A stretch of DNA of 64,000 nucleotides, taken from an uncultured delta proteobacterium (GTDB lineage: Bacteria; Desulfobacterota; Binatia; UBA9968). Every line of letters starts with the position of its first letter. Within the stretch, counting starts at the first letter, position 1. Where the stretch lies: assembly GCA_963816145.1 (NCBI GenBank), contig CAWFJP010000030.1, positions 96,001 through 160,000 of the forward strand, read 5' to 3'. Positions 22,545 through 32,529 of the stretch are shown one piece after another. Under the pieces are notes generated by a model, which was given only the letters and a program-made list of their open reading frames with translations, made no database searches and was not told where the DNA came from. A program made the translations under genes and the position numbers.

Positions 22545-23159
22545 ATGAACTCCTATTCCACGCACAAACGGTGGCTGCCCTTAGTTGGGGTCATTTATCT
22601 ATTCGTTGCTTTGCCGATAAGCGCCGGAGCCCCGAGCGATCAGACGCGGGCCACGATTGAAAAGGTTCTGACGATTCTCAAGAATCCCGCCGCTAAATCA
22701 GAACGACGCGAGCGATTACGACAGGTCATTTACCCGAGTTTTGACTTCGCCGAGATGGCCAAGCGTTCTCTTGGACCCCACTGGCAGCGGAGAAGCTCAA
22801 CTGAACAGCAGGAGTTCGTCAAACTCTTCACGGACCTTGTCGAATCATCTTATGTCGACGCAATCGAATCCTATAATGGTGAAAAAGTTGTGGTCGCCAA
22901 TGAGAAGCTGGACAAAGACCTTGCCGAAGTGAATACCAAGATCTTTACAAAAAAAGGTGAAGAATTTGCCGTCGATTACAAACTTCACGAGACCAGTGGC
23001 AGCTGGAAAATTTACGACGCAATAATTGAAAATGTCAGCCTGGTCAATAACTATCGCTCGCAATTCAACCGCGTTATCGCCAAGTCTTCCTACGAAGATC
23101 TCATGACGAAGATGAAGGAGAAGCAGTTCGAAGCACCAGGGAAAAAAACAAAAACATAG
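22545..23159 (+). CDS. mlaC: MlaC/Ttg2D family periplasmic lipid-binding protein
   Basis: FDFAEMAKRSLG, WKIYDAIIENVSLVNNYRSQF; RBS AGGAGG. Confidence 0.85.
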   Translation: MNSYSTHKRWLPLVGVIYLFVALPISAGAPSDQTRATIEKVLTILKNPAAKSERRERLRQVIYPSFDFAEMAKRSLGPHWQRRSSTEQQEFVKLFTDLVESSYVDAIESYNGEKVVVANEKLDKDLAEVNTKIFTKKGEEFAVDYKLHETSGSWKIYDAIIENVSLVNNYRSQFNRVIAKSSYEDLMTKMKEKQFEAPGKKTKT

Positions 23160-23200
23160 ATCCGCGCGAAGTCCAAAGAACTAAATAGGGAGATTGTCCC

Positions 23201-23596
23201 ATGAAAACATTTGCTACTAGACATTTGGTTACTGCATCCGTCATCGTGTCGTTGGCCGGTCTAACCTTAGGGTTGAGCGGTGCCCAAGAAAAACCGGCAC
23301 TGCAACAACCCAGCAAGCAATCCGAGATCGGCGACAAAGAGCTTAAAGCCTTTGCAAAGTCCTACCTGGAGTTCCATAAGATTCGCGCCGAGTACGAACC
23401 GGCTCTAAACCAGGCTCGCGATTCGCAAGAGCAGGGAAAAATCGAGCAGGAGGCGCTGGCAAAGTTTGGCAAGGCCGTTCAGAAACAAGGCCTCACGCTA
23501 GAAGGCTATTTCCGGCTTTATCAAATCGTTAACGCAAACGAACATATTCGCGACAAGGCCCTCAAGTTAATCGATGAAGAACGGAAAAAAGCCTAA
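23201..23596 (+). CDS. DUF4168-like exported helical protein
   Basis: Signal peptide, DKELKAFAKSY and AVQKQGLTLEGY pattern. Confidence 0.65.
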   Translation: MKTFATRHLVTASVIVSLAGLTLGLSGAQEKPALQQPSKQSEIGDKELKAFAKSYLEFHKIRAEYEPALNQARDSQEQGKIEQEALAKFGKAVQKQGLTLEGYFRLYQIVNANEHIRDKALKLIDEERKKA

Positions 23597-23681
23597 CCCA
23601 TACCACGGCGGCGACGACGCGGCGACGGAATCGCGTTCACCTCGGCGACCGAATCGGAAGCGCTAAACTTGAGTACAAGAG

Positions 23682-24089
23682 ATGCAGACTGACCTCAATA
23701 CAAGAATCGATTTAGTGACCTATAGGGTGAATAGGCCTTCGGGGAAAGTATATGTCGGCTCGTTGTTTCAAGCGGACACGCTTGCGCCTCAGCAATACCA
23801 GCAGAGCGCGCGCAGAACGCTTTTCCAAGAACCAGAACAGGAGCTTATGTTCGCAGTTCTGAAAGACGCGATTTGCTGCTTTCAGAAGTATGCGTCGGCG
23901 CGCGACAAAATGAGAACGCGCCTGTATCTCGAAGCTAGGAAATGGCTCATGGAGGAGGATAACGACTGGCCGTTTTCCTTTGCCAACATCTGTGAGGCCA
24001 TTGGACTCTCTCCTCAGTATGTTCGTGCCGGGTTACTGGGGCACCAGGAAGCGAAATTGGCGAATCTTAGCAAGGCGAGGAATGTTTAA
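23682..24089 (+). CDS. Conserved hypothetical protein
   Basis: PEQELMFAVLKDAICCF and WPFSFANICEAIGL look like a recurrent uncharacterised family. Function unknown. Confidence 0.7.
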   Translation: MQTDLNTRIDLVTYRVNRPSGKVYVGSLFQADTLAPQQYQQSARRTLFQEPEQELMFAVLKDAICCFQKYASARDKMRTRLYLEARKWLMEEDNDWPFSFANICEAIGLSPQYVRAGLLGHQEAKLANLSKARNV

Positions 24090-24209
24090 TGCACAGCTGG
24101 TCCACCGAGACAAAGCCGCCATCGAAACTGAGATATCAAACGGCTGCCACGTGATAATTAATGAACATTTCAACGGCGATTGCATTAGTGTGGCTGGATA
24201 GGAGCGCCG

Positions 24210-24575
24210 ATGAACGGGTTGAAAGTCTTACTCGTCGAGGACGATGACAATTTATCCTTTGTCCTTCAGGAAAGACTCAAGTCCGAAGGGTGCGAAACCA
24301 GAATAGCGAAGGATGCGGCCGCGGGATTTTCCATCTATCTGCAATTCAGGCCAGACCTGGTGATTTCGGACCTCCTGCTGCCGGGGGAAAACGGGGTGGA
24401 ACTTCTTCGACGAATAAGGAGGGTCCGTAATCCCAACGTGAGAACCATCTACATGAGCGCGCATTTGGGATGGTTCGAGTCGGAGATGGAACAGGAGAAA
24501 GGCAGACCCGAGGTAGACGTGCTCGCAAAGCCTTTTTCTTCGTGTGAACTGATGAGTTTGGTTTCCGCCCATTAG
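24210..24575 (+). CDS. Single-domain response regulator
   Basis: VLLVEDD, VISDLLLPG, YMSA and LAKPF motifs. Confidence 0.88.
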   Translation: MNGLKVLLVEDDDNLSFVLQERLKSEGCETRIAKDAAAGFSIYLQFRPDLVISDLLLPGENGVELLRRIRRVRNPNVRTIYMSAHLGWFESEMEQEKGRPEVDVLAKPFSSCELMSLVSAH

Positions 24576-24635
24576 CAGGGGCGTGAATCACAACAGGACG
24601 AGAGAACCATAGTCCTGAAATGAAGAGGGTTTTGG

Positions 24636-24992
24636 ATGGGTAGTAAAAACATCGGCTTCAAGCACATCGCGGTGATATTTATTGTCATGACTCTGATCGG
24701 TACAGGCTGTGCCGGAGGATCATTGACGACCAGAGAGAAGGGAGCAGGCATCGGCGCGCTCGGCGGAGCCGCGGTGGGAGGTATCATCGGCAGTGCTGTT
24801 GGACATCCCGGGGCCGGAGCTGCAATCGGTGGTGGCCTAGGACTCGGCGCAGGCGCCTTGATCGGCGATCAGCTTCAGGGTCAGGAAAACCAAAACTACC
24901 GGCAACAGGATCAGATTCAACGCAATCAGTATGAGATCGATCAGCAGCGTCAAGAAACGGAGCGTTTAAAGCGTCAGAGCCGCGAGTATTAA
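24636..24992 (+). CDS. Glycine-zipper lipoprotein
   Basis: Lipobox-like GTGC, LTTREKG, GxxxG repeats and a Q-rich coiled coil. Confidence 0.82.
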   Translation: MGSKNIGFKHIAVIFIVMTLIGTGCAGGSLTTREKGAGIGALGGAAVGGIIGSAVGHPGAGAAIGGGLGLGAGALIGDQLQGQENQNYRQQDQIQRNQYEIDQQRQETERLKRQSREY

Positions 24993-25097
24993 TGACATTT
25001 TCAATTCCAACCTGCGCGTTGTTCGATCTGAACAATCTCAATAGTGCGCATCACCATAAATTGCGTTCCTTGTCTGATTGAGGAAAGGGGGAAATGA

Positions 25098-25536
25098 GAT
25101 GGCAGCATTAAAACACCGAAAACGGTGGTATCGGGTTCTAGTTGTTGGATTTAGCCTGACGGTTGGAGCGATGCGAGCGGGGCTTGCCTCTGCGGACGTT
25201 GTTGCCGTCGCACAGAATAACCAGAAGATCGTTACAGTTGACAATGTCGCGGTGCACAATGGCGTCGTCTCGGGCGAGATTGTGAATCATTCGAACCGGG
25301 AAGTTCGGGACGTGGAGTTGCTCATACGCCACACCTGGCTGTGGACGAATGAGTTCCAACCCGGCAACAGTGATCCGGGAATGGCTTCGTATCATACTCT
25401 CAACAATCTAATTCGCCCTGGCGAATCGTTGCCGTTCAACTTTGTCGAGAGTTCAACACTACCCGCCCGCAGCGATGGCCAATTCAAGTCGACGGTGTCG
25501 GTGACCGGATTTACCGAGATCGTGCGAAACCGCTAA
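25098..25536 (+). CDS. Exported hypothetical protein (Ig-like / FxLYD-like)
   Basis: Signal peptide, VSGEIVNHS and IRPGESLPF pattern. Confidence 0.55.
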
Positions 25537-25562
25537 GGAGGACACCAGCACTGAATCAGCGA

Positions 25563-25855
25563 ATGTTCTGGATCAGTGGCGGCGTCATAGGCGGAGGCAT
25601 CACGGCCTTGGTTATCTTCATGCTGCTCGGCGGTCTTTATACGATTACGACCCTAATGGTCCGGTGGACACCGCTTGTAAAATAAATCGACTGACCGGCC
25701 ATGTCTGGCTTGTTAAGACCTACACCAAGCAAGTGGGCGACCTTCGCGTGCTTGCCGCCCATGAGGCTGAGGTTGAAAAGACCAAGCAGTTATCCGAGGC
25801 AAACCTACCGCCGGTCGGGATGCAGGGTGCGCCCGCGGGCGATCGACGCAAATAA
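25563..25855 (+). pseudogene. Small membrane protein with a frameshift near 25650
   Basis: TM segment MFWISGGVIGGGITALVIFMLLGG continues in another frame as VDTACKINRLTGHVWLVK. Confidence 0.45.
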
Positions 25856-26142
25856 CCATTGAGAACGACAAACTTGGCGCATCCCTTTAAGCCTAGACTC
25901 AATTTTTGTCGGCCGAGATCGCCGGGGGTACGAGACCGTTTTCGTTCCGTTTAAGCATAGGCGGGTTAACGCCCGGTCACTCCGCCCTCGTTAAAACGAG
26001 CCGGATGGGTGAGTCGAAAGCCTGAAGGAGAATCATCGGTTTCCCGTGAGTTATATCGCGGTGAGAAATTCACAAGCGCGGGAATCTTCAAAAGATCGCG
26101 GTTAATCGCGGTCTGGACGAAATTTAGCTTCAAAGAGGAGTC

Positions 26143-27009
26143 ATGCAGATGCAAACAACAATGAGAGTTACCAAATACAACCGCGCTTCTTTCCAGCCGG
26201 GGAAAGCAAATGGACAAAATAAAATCAGCAAACCTCCCGCTATGACTGTCTCGACAGCAGCGCTACGCGTAGGCCTCGCGCACTTCATCCACGAGATCAA
26301 CAACCCTCTTCAGCAGGTTTACTGGACAGCGAGCATGATGGATAAGCTCATGCCGAGGGCCCACGGCAGTGGCGATCCCTCCGTCGGTAAGTTGTTCCAG
26401 CAACTAAAATGCGGGCTGGACCATTTAGTTTCTCTGATTAGCTCATTAGAGCCCCAATTAAAGATCCTTTGGATGATCAACCCTTCGTACGACTCGGTGA
26501 ATTTAAATTCGCTCATCGACGAAATTCTTCGAATTGACGCAGTACGCTTGGACACTAATGGGATTCGTATTGACAAGGACGCCATCGGCGAGCTGCCCGT
26601 TATCCAGGGCGATAAACAACTTTTACGACATGTCTTCCTTAATCTTTTTAGGAACGCGCTCGACGCCATGCCTAACGGCGGAATTTTGACTGTCAGAGCA
26701 GGGACGCGCGAACGCGCGTTGTGGCTCGAACTCTCCGACACCGGTGGCGCAATTCCACCTGACTTGGATGCTTTTCAACCCTTTGCAACATCGAAACCCG
26801 AAGGCCTGGGGCTCGGACTGGCAATTACGCGGCATATCGTTGAAATCCATGGCGGCACAATCAGCTATCAGAGCGAGTTAGGCAAAGGCACGACCTTTTA
26901 CCTCACTTTTCCCCAAATGAGCGAAACAACTTCTGCCCGGCCAGAAGCGGTGGAAGATGACAGCTCAGATGATCATTGGGAGCCGCGCGGTGACGCGGCG
27001 GATGGATAA
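26143..27009 (+). CDS. Histidine kinase core (HisKA-HATPase) without a sensor domain
   Basis: FIHEINNPL, NLFRNALDAM, DTGG and GLGLGL motifs. Confidence 0.85.
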   Translation: MQMQTTMRVTKYNRASFQPGKANGQNKISKPPAMTVSTAALRVGLAHFIHEINNPLQQVYWTASMMDKLMPRAHGSGDPSVGKLFQQLKCGLDHLVSLISSLEPQLKILWMINPSYDSVNLNSLIDEILRIDAVRLDTNGIRIDKDAIGELPVIQGDKQLLRHVFLNLFRNALDAMPNGGILTVRAGTRERALWLELSDTGGAIPPDLDAFQPFATSKPEGLGLGLAITRHIVEIHGGTISYQSELGKGTTFYLTFPQMSETTSARPEAVEDDSSDDHWEPRGDAADG

Positions 27010-27104
27010 TCTCCTCAATTGTAACTCAGGCGGCGACGCAATCGCCGTGGGCAAGGGTGATGATGATTTTCATTAATTGAACTTCCTACCGGTTTTGACT
27101 TCTT

Positions 27105-27123
27105 TGTAGGGCAAATCCCTTCA
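27105..27123. promoter_or_regulatory. Candidate bEBP upstream activating sequence TGTAGGGCAAATCCCTTCA
   Basis: Best copy of the recurring 19-bp imperfect palindrome, 73 bp upstream of the promoter at 27196. Confidence 0.55.
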
Positions 27124-27195
27124 CAAGAACACAGCAACTCAATTACTCAAATAAGATTCGCCGCAAATGTACCGATCATACGCGCTTCAAGCAGC

Positions 27196-27211
27196 TGGCA
27201 CGCGCCTTGCG
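27196..27211 (+). promoter_or_regulatory. Sigma-54 promoter TGGCACGCGCCTTGCG
   Basis: Consensus match, upstream of ATG 27268. Confidence 0.75.
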
Positions 27212-27267
27212 GAGACAAGTCTTCGTGAGTTTCCTTGCTGGAGGAAGTGGGATCGCGGAGTATCAGT

Positions 27268-27435
27268 ATGAAGATCGACGAAACGGAAGAAATCACGTTA
27301 AGCACACTTATTGCGGCATTTACCGAAGAGCTTCTAGCGTCTGCTCGTGATGAGAAAGAAGCCGGCAGAGTGGCCGCCAATATCCTTACAGATTTTTTGC
27401 ACAACGCCGAACCAATTTCCAAGTGCTGGCACTAA
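27268..27435 (+). CDS. Small hypothetical protein (55 aa), similar to 31511-31693
   Basis: RBS GGAG; ITLSTLIAAFTEE aligns with ATLGELIEAVTNE. Confidence 0.6.
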   Translation: MKIDETEEITLSTLIAAFTEELLASARDEKEAGRVAANILTDFLHNAEPISKCWH

Positions 27436-27575
27436 ATCTAATGGAAAACATCATGCCATCTCGATTGATAAGATTGGTGTCGATTGCGTTCGTTCTTTTA
27501 ATGCTATCGGCGGTTCCGCAATCGTCGCACGCTCAAGTTAGTGATTTCATCAGAAGTTAGAGACTAGGGGGGGTT

Positions 27576-27890
27576 ATGAGGTCAATACTAAACAACGAGA
27601 CTGCGAGCCAACTCGCGGATGCGTCGGCAGTGCGTTGCCGAGCCAGGAGGGAAATTCGTACCCATGGAGGAAATGTGCGGCCAGCTGCAGTGGGCACGAT
27701 AATTTCCGAGATCGACAATCTTGGCCGCCATCTACTCGAGGTCCGTTGGAGCAACGGCGTCTGTTCTTACGTATTTCCTCATGAGGTGGAGATTATCGGC
27801 GACCATGGTGCCGTTAATCGTGCGGCATACCCCAGAGAAGACGAGACGTGCATTACCAAGGAAGGAGTCGGCAATGAATCAAGGAGCTAA
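27576..27890 (+). CDS. Hypothetical protein, small beta-barrel-like
   Basis: G-rich RBS; VGTIISEIDNLGRHLLEVRWSNG and VFPHEVEI. Confidence 0.55.
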   Translation: MRSILNNETASQLADASAVRCRARREIRTHGGNVRPAAVGTIISEIDNLGRHLLEVRWSNGVCSYVFPHEVEIIGDHGAVNRAAYPREDETCITKEGVGNESRS

Positions 27891-28166
27891 ATTGAGATTA
27901 GCAGTGTTCCTTACCGTTCTGGTTGTGTCCGGCTGCTCATCGCCTCTGACCACCAGAGAGAAAGGCGGACTCATCGGCGGGGCAGCCGGAGCAGGCACCG
28001 GCGCGATCATTGGCAGTGCGGTGGGGGCCATGCCGCGGTTGGAGCACTGATTGGGGGCCCGGTTGGGCTTGTCGCCGGCGCGTTAATCGGCGACCAGCTT
28101 ATGGGTCAGGAACAAAGGCAGGATGATCAGCAACGCCAGATCAATACGGCTGCGCAGAGAGAATGA
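27874..28166 (+). pseudogene. Glycine-zipper lipoprotein paralog, frameshifted in the G run at 28023-28027
   Basis: VSGC lipobox and LTTREKG, then HAAVGALIGGPVGLVAGALIGDQLMGQE in another frame. Confidence 0.7.
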
Positions 28167-28757
28167 GCGATTGAGGGAACAGTCGGCAAGATGAACGGTC
28201 CAAGAAAAAACCTGGCGAAGGAGTCTTCGCGGCGAGAGCGGAATTGAGCCATGACAATAATGGCATCCGAACCATCTGCGACAATATTGTGGACTATCAA
28301 TTCAGCCGGTAATTGTGACCTTTGTCTCCACCTCGTCGCGCGATCGGCGCCGATTGCCGATTTTGGATGTGATTTAACCGAGCAATCGAACATCAAGTAA
28401 ATTCAGCTTCTCAAGCGGTTCGTTGTCGTGGTGATTTTTGACAAGATGAACGGCCGCAGGTACTCGACCGATCGCTTTCTGGAGCGTTGGACGCCGAACG
28501 ACTGTAGCGTTAGATCTTTAACGTACTTGTATTGATTCGCGATCTTATTGCACCGAGCTTTGGCCAATCAGATCACGCTGCATTTTTGTACTGGAGAACT
28601 TTACGGCCGGTAGAAAGCGAGACGACAGATTTTATCACTACCGTTTGATTGATAATATTGACCCCGGAAGCTTGGACCTCTACAGGCCGACCGAGGATCA
28701 AAAACGGCCGACCGGTAGACGACGCATTGCTCGAGTCGACACAGGAGATTTTGAGTC

Positions 28758-28988
28758 TCAATCTCTGTGAGCCGGCGGATGATTCCGCCACCCACCCCGC
28801 TCACACCAAGCTTCCCCCCAGCGGGCTGCTTCTTCTTTCTGGTCACCGTAACGTTTTTGCACAGCCCCACGGATCGTGGCGTCATCACCGGCAACTGCCA
28901 GAAGATCGCTATCCGTTAGCTGACCCCAGTGCTTCTTCAGCTTTCGCGTGAAATGTTGCCAACTCCCTTTGAATTGGTCCTTGTTCAT
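28758..28988 (-). CDS. CsbD/YjbJ family stress protein (divergent copy)
   Basis: MNKDQFKGSW, WGQLTDSDL and VQKRYG; RBS AAGGAGG. Confidence 0.8.
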   Translation of the reverse strand: MNKDQFKGSWQHFTRKLKKHWGQLTDSDLLAVAGDDATIRGAVQKRYGDQKEEAARWGEAWCERGGWRNHPPAHRD

Positions 28989-29018
28989 AAATTCAACCTC
29001 CTTATAGGCGATGTCACC

Positions 29019-29049
29019 GGGGGAGGCGGCCAACTTCTCCGCCTCCCCC
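29019..29049. other. GC-rich intergenic hairpin
   Basis: GGGGGAGGCGG-9 nt-CCGCCTCCCCC with no U-tract; may stabilise mRNA or cause pausing. Confidence 0.5.
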
Positions 29050-29093
29050 CTGGCGTGGAGGTACTAGTCAACGATGTCCAATTGTGAATGGGT

Positions 29094-29465
29094 TTACCTA
29101 GAAGCCCCGGCGCCTTCCATCGGTCCGGACTTGCTTACAGCGTCGGCCACTAGAATCCCGCCCTGGTCCCGATAGGAAACGTTCACCTTATCCCCGACCT
29201 TGATCGACTCCAGCGCCTTTTTAGTCGCGCTGGCCTGGACGTTGAGGCTAAGATCCTGCTCGGCGGTCTTGACCGATAGTTTGCCGGCTTTGGCCTCGAT
29301 AAAAGTCACTTCACCCGTCGCTCGCTTAGGGCCGGCTTTGTTTTCCACGCCCGACCCCGGGCTGGATGGTTTCGCGGGCATAGTTTCAGCGAAGCTCATT
29401 CCCGCCACTGCCAGCATTCCGACGCCGACCAAACATGATGTCATAACTTTATACCGCATAAGCAT
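29094..29465 (-). CDS. Exported small OB-fold protein (CusF/DUF1344-like)
   Basis: Signal peptide; ATGEVTFIE and IKVGDKVNVSY. Confidence 0.65.
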   Translation of the reverse strand: MLMRYKVMTSCLVGVGMLAVAGMSFAETMPAKPSSPGSGVENKAGPKRATGEVTFIEAKAGKLSVKTAEQDLSLNVQASATKKALESIKVGDKVNVSYRDQGGILVADAVSKSGPMEGAGASR

Positions 29466-29484
29466 TCTCCTTCTCGTTTTCACC

Positions 29485-29724
29485 TTATATATGCTGTCTG
29501 GAATCCGTCGCCTTGCGGGATTTGATCACGTTCTTATCGTACCAATCCTCCGCCCAGCGCTCTACTTCCTCTTTTTGGTCGCCGTAGCGCTTTTGAACAA
29601 CCCCGAGGAACTTGTCGTAATCACCCTCAGCCTCCAAAAGATCGTTGTCGGTGAATTGACCCCAGTGTTTCTTCACCTCCCCCTTAAACTGTCGCCAGCT
29701 CCCTTTGAATTGATCTTTATTCAT
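29485..29724 (-). CDS. CsbD/YjbJ family stress protein
   Basis: MNKDQFKGSWRQFKGEVKKHWGQFTDNDL and QKRYG; RBS AAGGAGG. Confidence 0.88.
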   Translation of the reverse strand: MNKDQFKGSWRQFKGEVKKHWGQFTDNDLLEAEGDYDKFLGVVQKRYGDQKEEVERWAEDWYDKNVIKSRKATDSRQHI

Positions 29725-29738
29725 AATTTTAACCTCCT

Positions 29739-29897
29739 TCATTCGTGAAACGCTCTTTCTCCTGCTTCCCGCTCAGCACCACCAATAGTTTGGTTCACCC
29801 GGTTCTTGTCGTCGAACACGAAGTCGTTTGCTTCGCCGATGTTGCCGTCCTTTGCGCCTATCGCAAACCCCTTCAGATCTCGCATCTTTTGCAGCAT
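29739..29897 (-). pseudogene. PRC-barrel domain protein, N-terminal fragment
   Basis: MLQKMRDLKGFAIGAKDGNIGEANDFVFDD is followed by unrelated sequence and a stop. Missed by the ORF track. Confidence 0.65.
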
Positions 29898-30017
29898 AGC
29901 GACCGATCTCCCTTTTCGCGTGAGAATTGTGGTTGTGCGGATGTAGGGTAAATAATAAATGAATCAACCATCGCGCGAATCACTCGATTGTGGGTGCGCT
30001 TATTACTGGCTGACTAA

Positions 30018-30033
30018 CGCACATACGGTGCCA
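30018..30033 (-). promoter_or_regulatory. Sigma-54 promoter TGGCACCGTATGTGCG
   Basis: GG-N10-GC spacing, upstream of the PRC/csbD unit. UAS-like site ending CCCTACA at 30108-30126. Confidence 0.65.
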
Positions 30034-30299
30034 AGCCGGTTGCTTCTACATAACGTTCGCGTTATCGGCGAGTTATGAATTTTCAATTCTTCGAATGAGT
30101 TGTCGACAGCAGAACTATTCCCTACACAAGTAACGGACAGGGTTAGAGATTTTCATGCGACGAACGACACGGTCAACGACCAAGGCGGGAGGCCCCGATC
30201 TCGTCGTCATCATTGGCGAGTTGACCGGGACCTTTGTATAGGCGGGGGTTATGGGAATTTGCTGGTAAGCCTCCAACGTCGTGCCACTTTCATCCCTTA

Positions 30300-30464
30300 T
30301 TAAACAGGCGGTCTTCGACCCATGACCAAGCCCACGAGAAATAGGATCAAAAACACGACGAACAGAATCCATGCGATCTGAGTTGCCGCACCCGCCACAC
30401 CGCTAAGGCCCAATACACCGGCAATCAGCGCGATAACCAGAAATGTAATAGCCCAATTCAACAT
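30300..30464 (-). CDS. DUF1328 (UPF0391, YtjA-like) small membrane protein, 54 aa
   Basis: [42 protein letters not shown]; RBS GGAGGT. Confidence 0.88.
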   Translation of the reverse strand: MLNWAITFLVIALIAGVLGLSGVAGAATQIAWILFVVFLILFLVGLVMGRRPPV

Positions 30465-30527
30465 AGGCACCTCCCCCTTTCCGCGAACCTCGCGTTCGCT
30501 GATCTGATCTTTTTTAACCGCACTTGA

Positions 30528-30665
30528 TTACATTCGCACCAAGCCCAAGATACCGATCACGATAAAATAGAGAGCTACGATGTAGTTCAACAACCTCGGA
30601 ATCATTAGGATCAACATTCCGGCGATGAGTGCGACCAAGGGCTGCAGTGCGATATAAATTTGCAT
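30528..30665 (-). CDS. DUF3096 small membrane protein, 45 aa
   Basis: LQPLVALIAGMLILMIPRLLNYIVALYFIVIGILGL. Confidence 0.85.
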   Translation of the reverse strand: MQIYIALQPLVALIAGMLILMIPRLLNYIVALYFIVIGILGLVRM

Positions 30666-30721
30666 ATCTTAGGCACTCCAAAGACGCTCACTTGTCCGAG
30701 TCATGTCGCCTCGTTTAGATG

Positions 30722-31228
30722 CTATCGATTCCCGTTCCGAACTTTTTCGGCGATCACCGCCTCTTCGAGTTCTTCAACTCGAACTTTGGCGATTCCCTTG
30801 CCGGTCATTTCAAGAGCATTGGCCGCGGCTTGCGAGAGGTCGATCATGCGTCCCTCGGTATAGGGACCGCGGTCATTGATCAAAACTTCAACGGACTTTC
30901 CATTGGCCAAATGCGTGACTCTAACCCGACGCCCGAGCGGTATTGACCGATGTGCCGCAGTAAGCTTCGTCGGATCGAAGATGTCGCCACTGGCGGTCTT
31001 TTTCCCATTGAACCCGGGCCCGTACCAAGACGCCGCACCGATACGAATCTTGGCCGATGAGTCAGAACTTGAATTCACTGCATCATGCGCCGGCACAGGA
31101 TCACGGCCCGTTTGCAGGCGGGATCCCGGAACCCCTGTTAGGGAGCACCCTTGGATCGCCACCAAGGTCGATAGGATTACGGTGGTCCCAATCAGTCCGC
31201 TGCGGCGCGAATTCCTAGGTTCGATCAT
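30722..31228 (-). CDS. rlpA: RlpA family lytic transglycosylase lipoprotein
   Basis: ASWYG, TASG, TAAHR, INDRGP and IDLS motifs. Confidence 0.9.
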   Translation of the reverse strand: MIEPRNSRRSGLIGTTVILSTLVAIQGCSLTGVPGSRLQTGRDPVPAHDAVNSSSDSSAKIRIGAASWYGPGFNGKKTASGDIFDPTKLTAAHRSIPLGRRVRVTHLANGKSVEVLINDRGPYTEGRMIDLSQAAANALEMTGKGIAKVRVEELEEAVIAEKVRNGNR

Positions 31229-31270
31229 ACCCCTCGCCTAATTACGCAAATTTATCTGTAGGCTTAGCCA

Positions 31271-31387
31271 TCACGTGCAACCGCGAACCACAAACAAAAT
31301 AAATAACACCGGTATCGGCACACCGAGTGCCCACAGGAGAATCCAGCCGATTTTGCCCTTTTCGTTAGCTAGCATTGCGTTTCTCAT
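31271..31387 (-). CDS. Small membrane peptide, 38 aa
   Basis: MRNAMLANEKGKIGWILLWALGVPIPVLFILFVVRGCT*, a WxLGVPIP-type small protein. Confidence 0.65.
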   Translation of the reverse strand: MRNAMLANEKGKIGWILLWALGVPIPVLFILFVVRGCT

Positions 31388-31510
31388 TTTCTTGTCAGCT
31401 ACGCTTAACATGCCGAATCGATCAATCCGCCAAGCGCACAAACCGGTAGTGCCAGAGTATTGCCGATAATCTTCGCAGTGCCGCTGCTTTCATTTTAAAC
31501 CTTCCCTTGC

Positions 31511-31693
31511 CTAAGCGATTTTTAGAACCCTCCGCCTTTTTAGCCGCACGCGTCGCGTAGTGAAGAGGTCTCTCACAATATGCGACACCAAAACGTTGGT
31601 ATTCGTCGAGCCTCGTGTTACCCGTGATACTTCATTGGTCACGGCCTCAATCAACTCGCCCAGCGTCGCTTTCTTTCGTAGTTCCATCGCCAT
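31511..31693 (-). CDS. Small hypothetical protein (60 aa), similar to 27268-27435
   Basis: G-rich RBS, ATLGELIEAVTNEV and a basic tail. Confidence 0.6.
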   Translation of the reverse strand: MAMELRKKATLGELIEAVTNEVSRVTRGSTNTNVLVSHIVRDLFTTRRVRLKRRRVLKIA

Positions 31694-31767
31694 ACTCGCA
31701 CCCCCTCAACTTCGTATTCTCGTCTTTTGCGGAGTTCGATTTATCGTCGAGATATTTGAGCGGTTGG

Positions 31768-31783
31768 AGCAACGGTCATGCCA
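31768..31783 (-). promoter_or_regulatory. Sigma-54 promoter TGGCATGACCGTTGCT
   Basis: Consensus match. UAS-like sites at 31882-31900 and 31902-31920. Confidence 0.78.
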
Positions 31784-32448
31784 GCGCATGAGCGAATGAA
31801 AATTCTCCCGAGTTAACGAGGCTCTTACTTGATCTTGCCGCACGGACAGTCACCCAAGCCGGCAGCGCTTTTCATGCAAACTGTCAGGAATTCACCTCTT
31901 GGGTAGGTTTTCCGCTGACGCTTTTGCAAGATGTGGCGTCTCGTTGGTTCGCTGATCCTCGTGGCAGCGCGGTTACTTATATAGAGTTTGTCGGCTGCGC
32001 AACGATCCGCAACGATCGCGCTCAAAAGCTCACTCCGATACAACTTAAATATTTCTGGGAAACTCCACACCTGATGCGCCAAAACCGCTGCCGGCGCACC
32101 ACCGCGGGTGAATCGCCAACAAACCAGATTACCGCACAGTCTCTGAACTCGGTTCCGTCCATTAGGGTTTTGCCAGGGTGGCGGTCTGCCGGCTATTTCG
32201 ATTTCTCACTTTGCTTTCGATCCACGCGCCGTGTGGTTCAGCAATTTTGTTCCCGCTTTTATACTAAGGCCTGTCGCTTCATTTCCTTCAGAAGACCTAG
32301 CCAAATCCAAGTGCGAGGATGCGATCTTCCTGAAACGTCAGTGTTTTCCCTCCGAGACATAGGGACAAATCGGACACAGTGAATCTGATAGAAATTTACC
32401 GGCCCGCTAACTCTTCCAAAGCACAGCGATATTGAGCGAGGAGAGTTT

Positions 32449-32464
32449 TGGCATATCGTTTGTA
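32449..32464 (+). promoter_or_regulatory. Sigma-54-like promoter TGGCATATCGTTTGTA (-12 variant)
   Basis: Good -24 box, GT instead of GC at -12. UAS-like sites at 32336-32354 and 32358-32376. Confidence 0.5.
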
Positions 32465-32529
32465 AGTTAATAAGTTTGAGACCCAGTTCCCGGCCAAACA
32501 TAAAAGCAAAATGCCGAAAAGGAGGAGAG

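Noticed and set aside
23619-23656. CGGCGAC-n-GAATCG repeated twice, with a similar sequence near 27033
   Set aside because: Short and GC-rich; three loose copies are compatible with chance.
26114-26129. TGGACGAAATTTAGCT as a 14th sigma-54 promoter
   Set aside because: The match is weak and too close to the RBS and ATG at 26143 to leave a usable leader.
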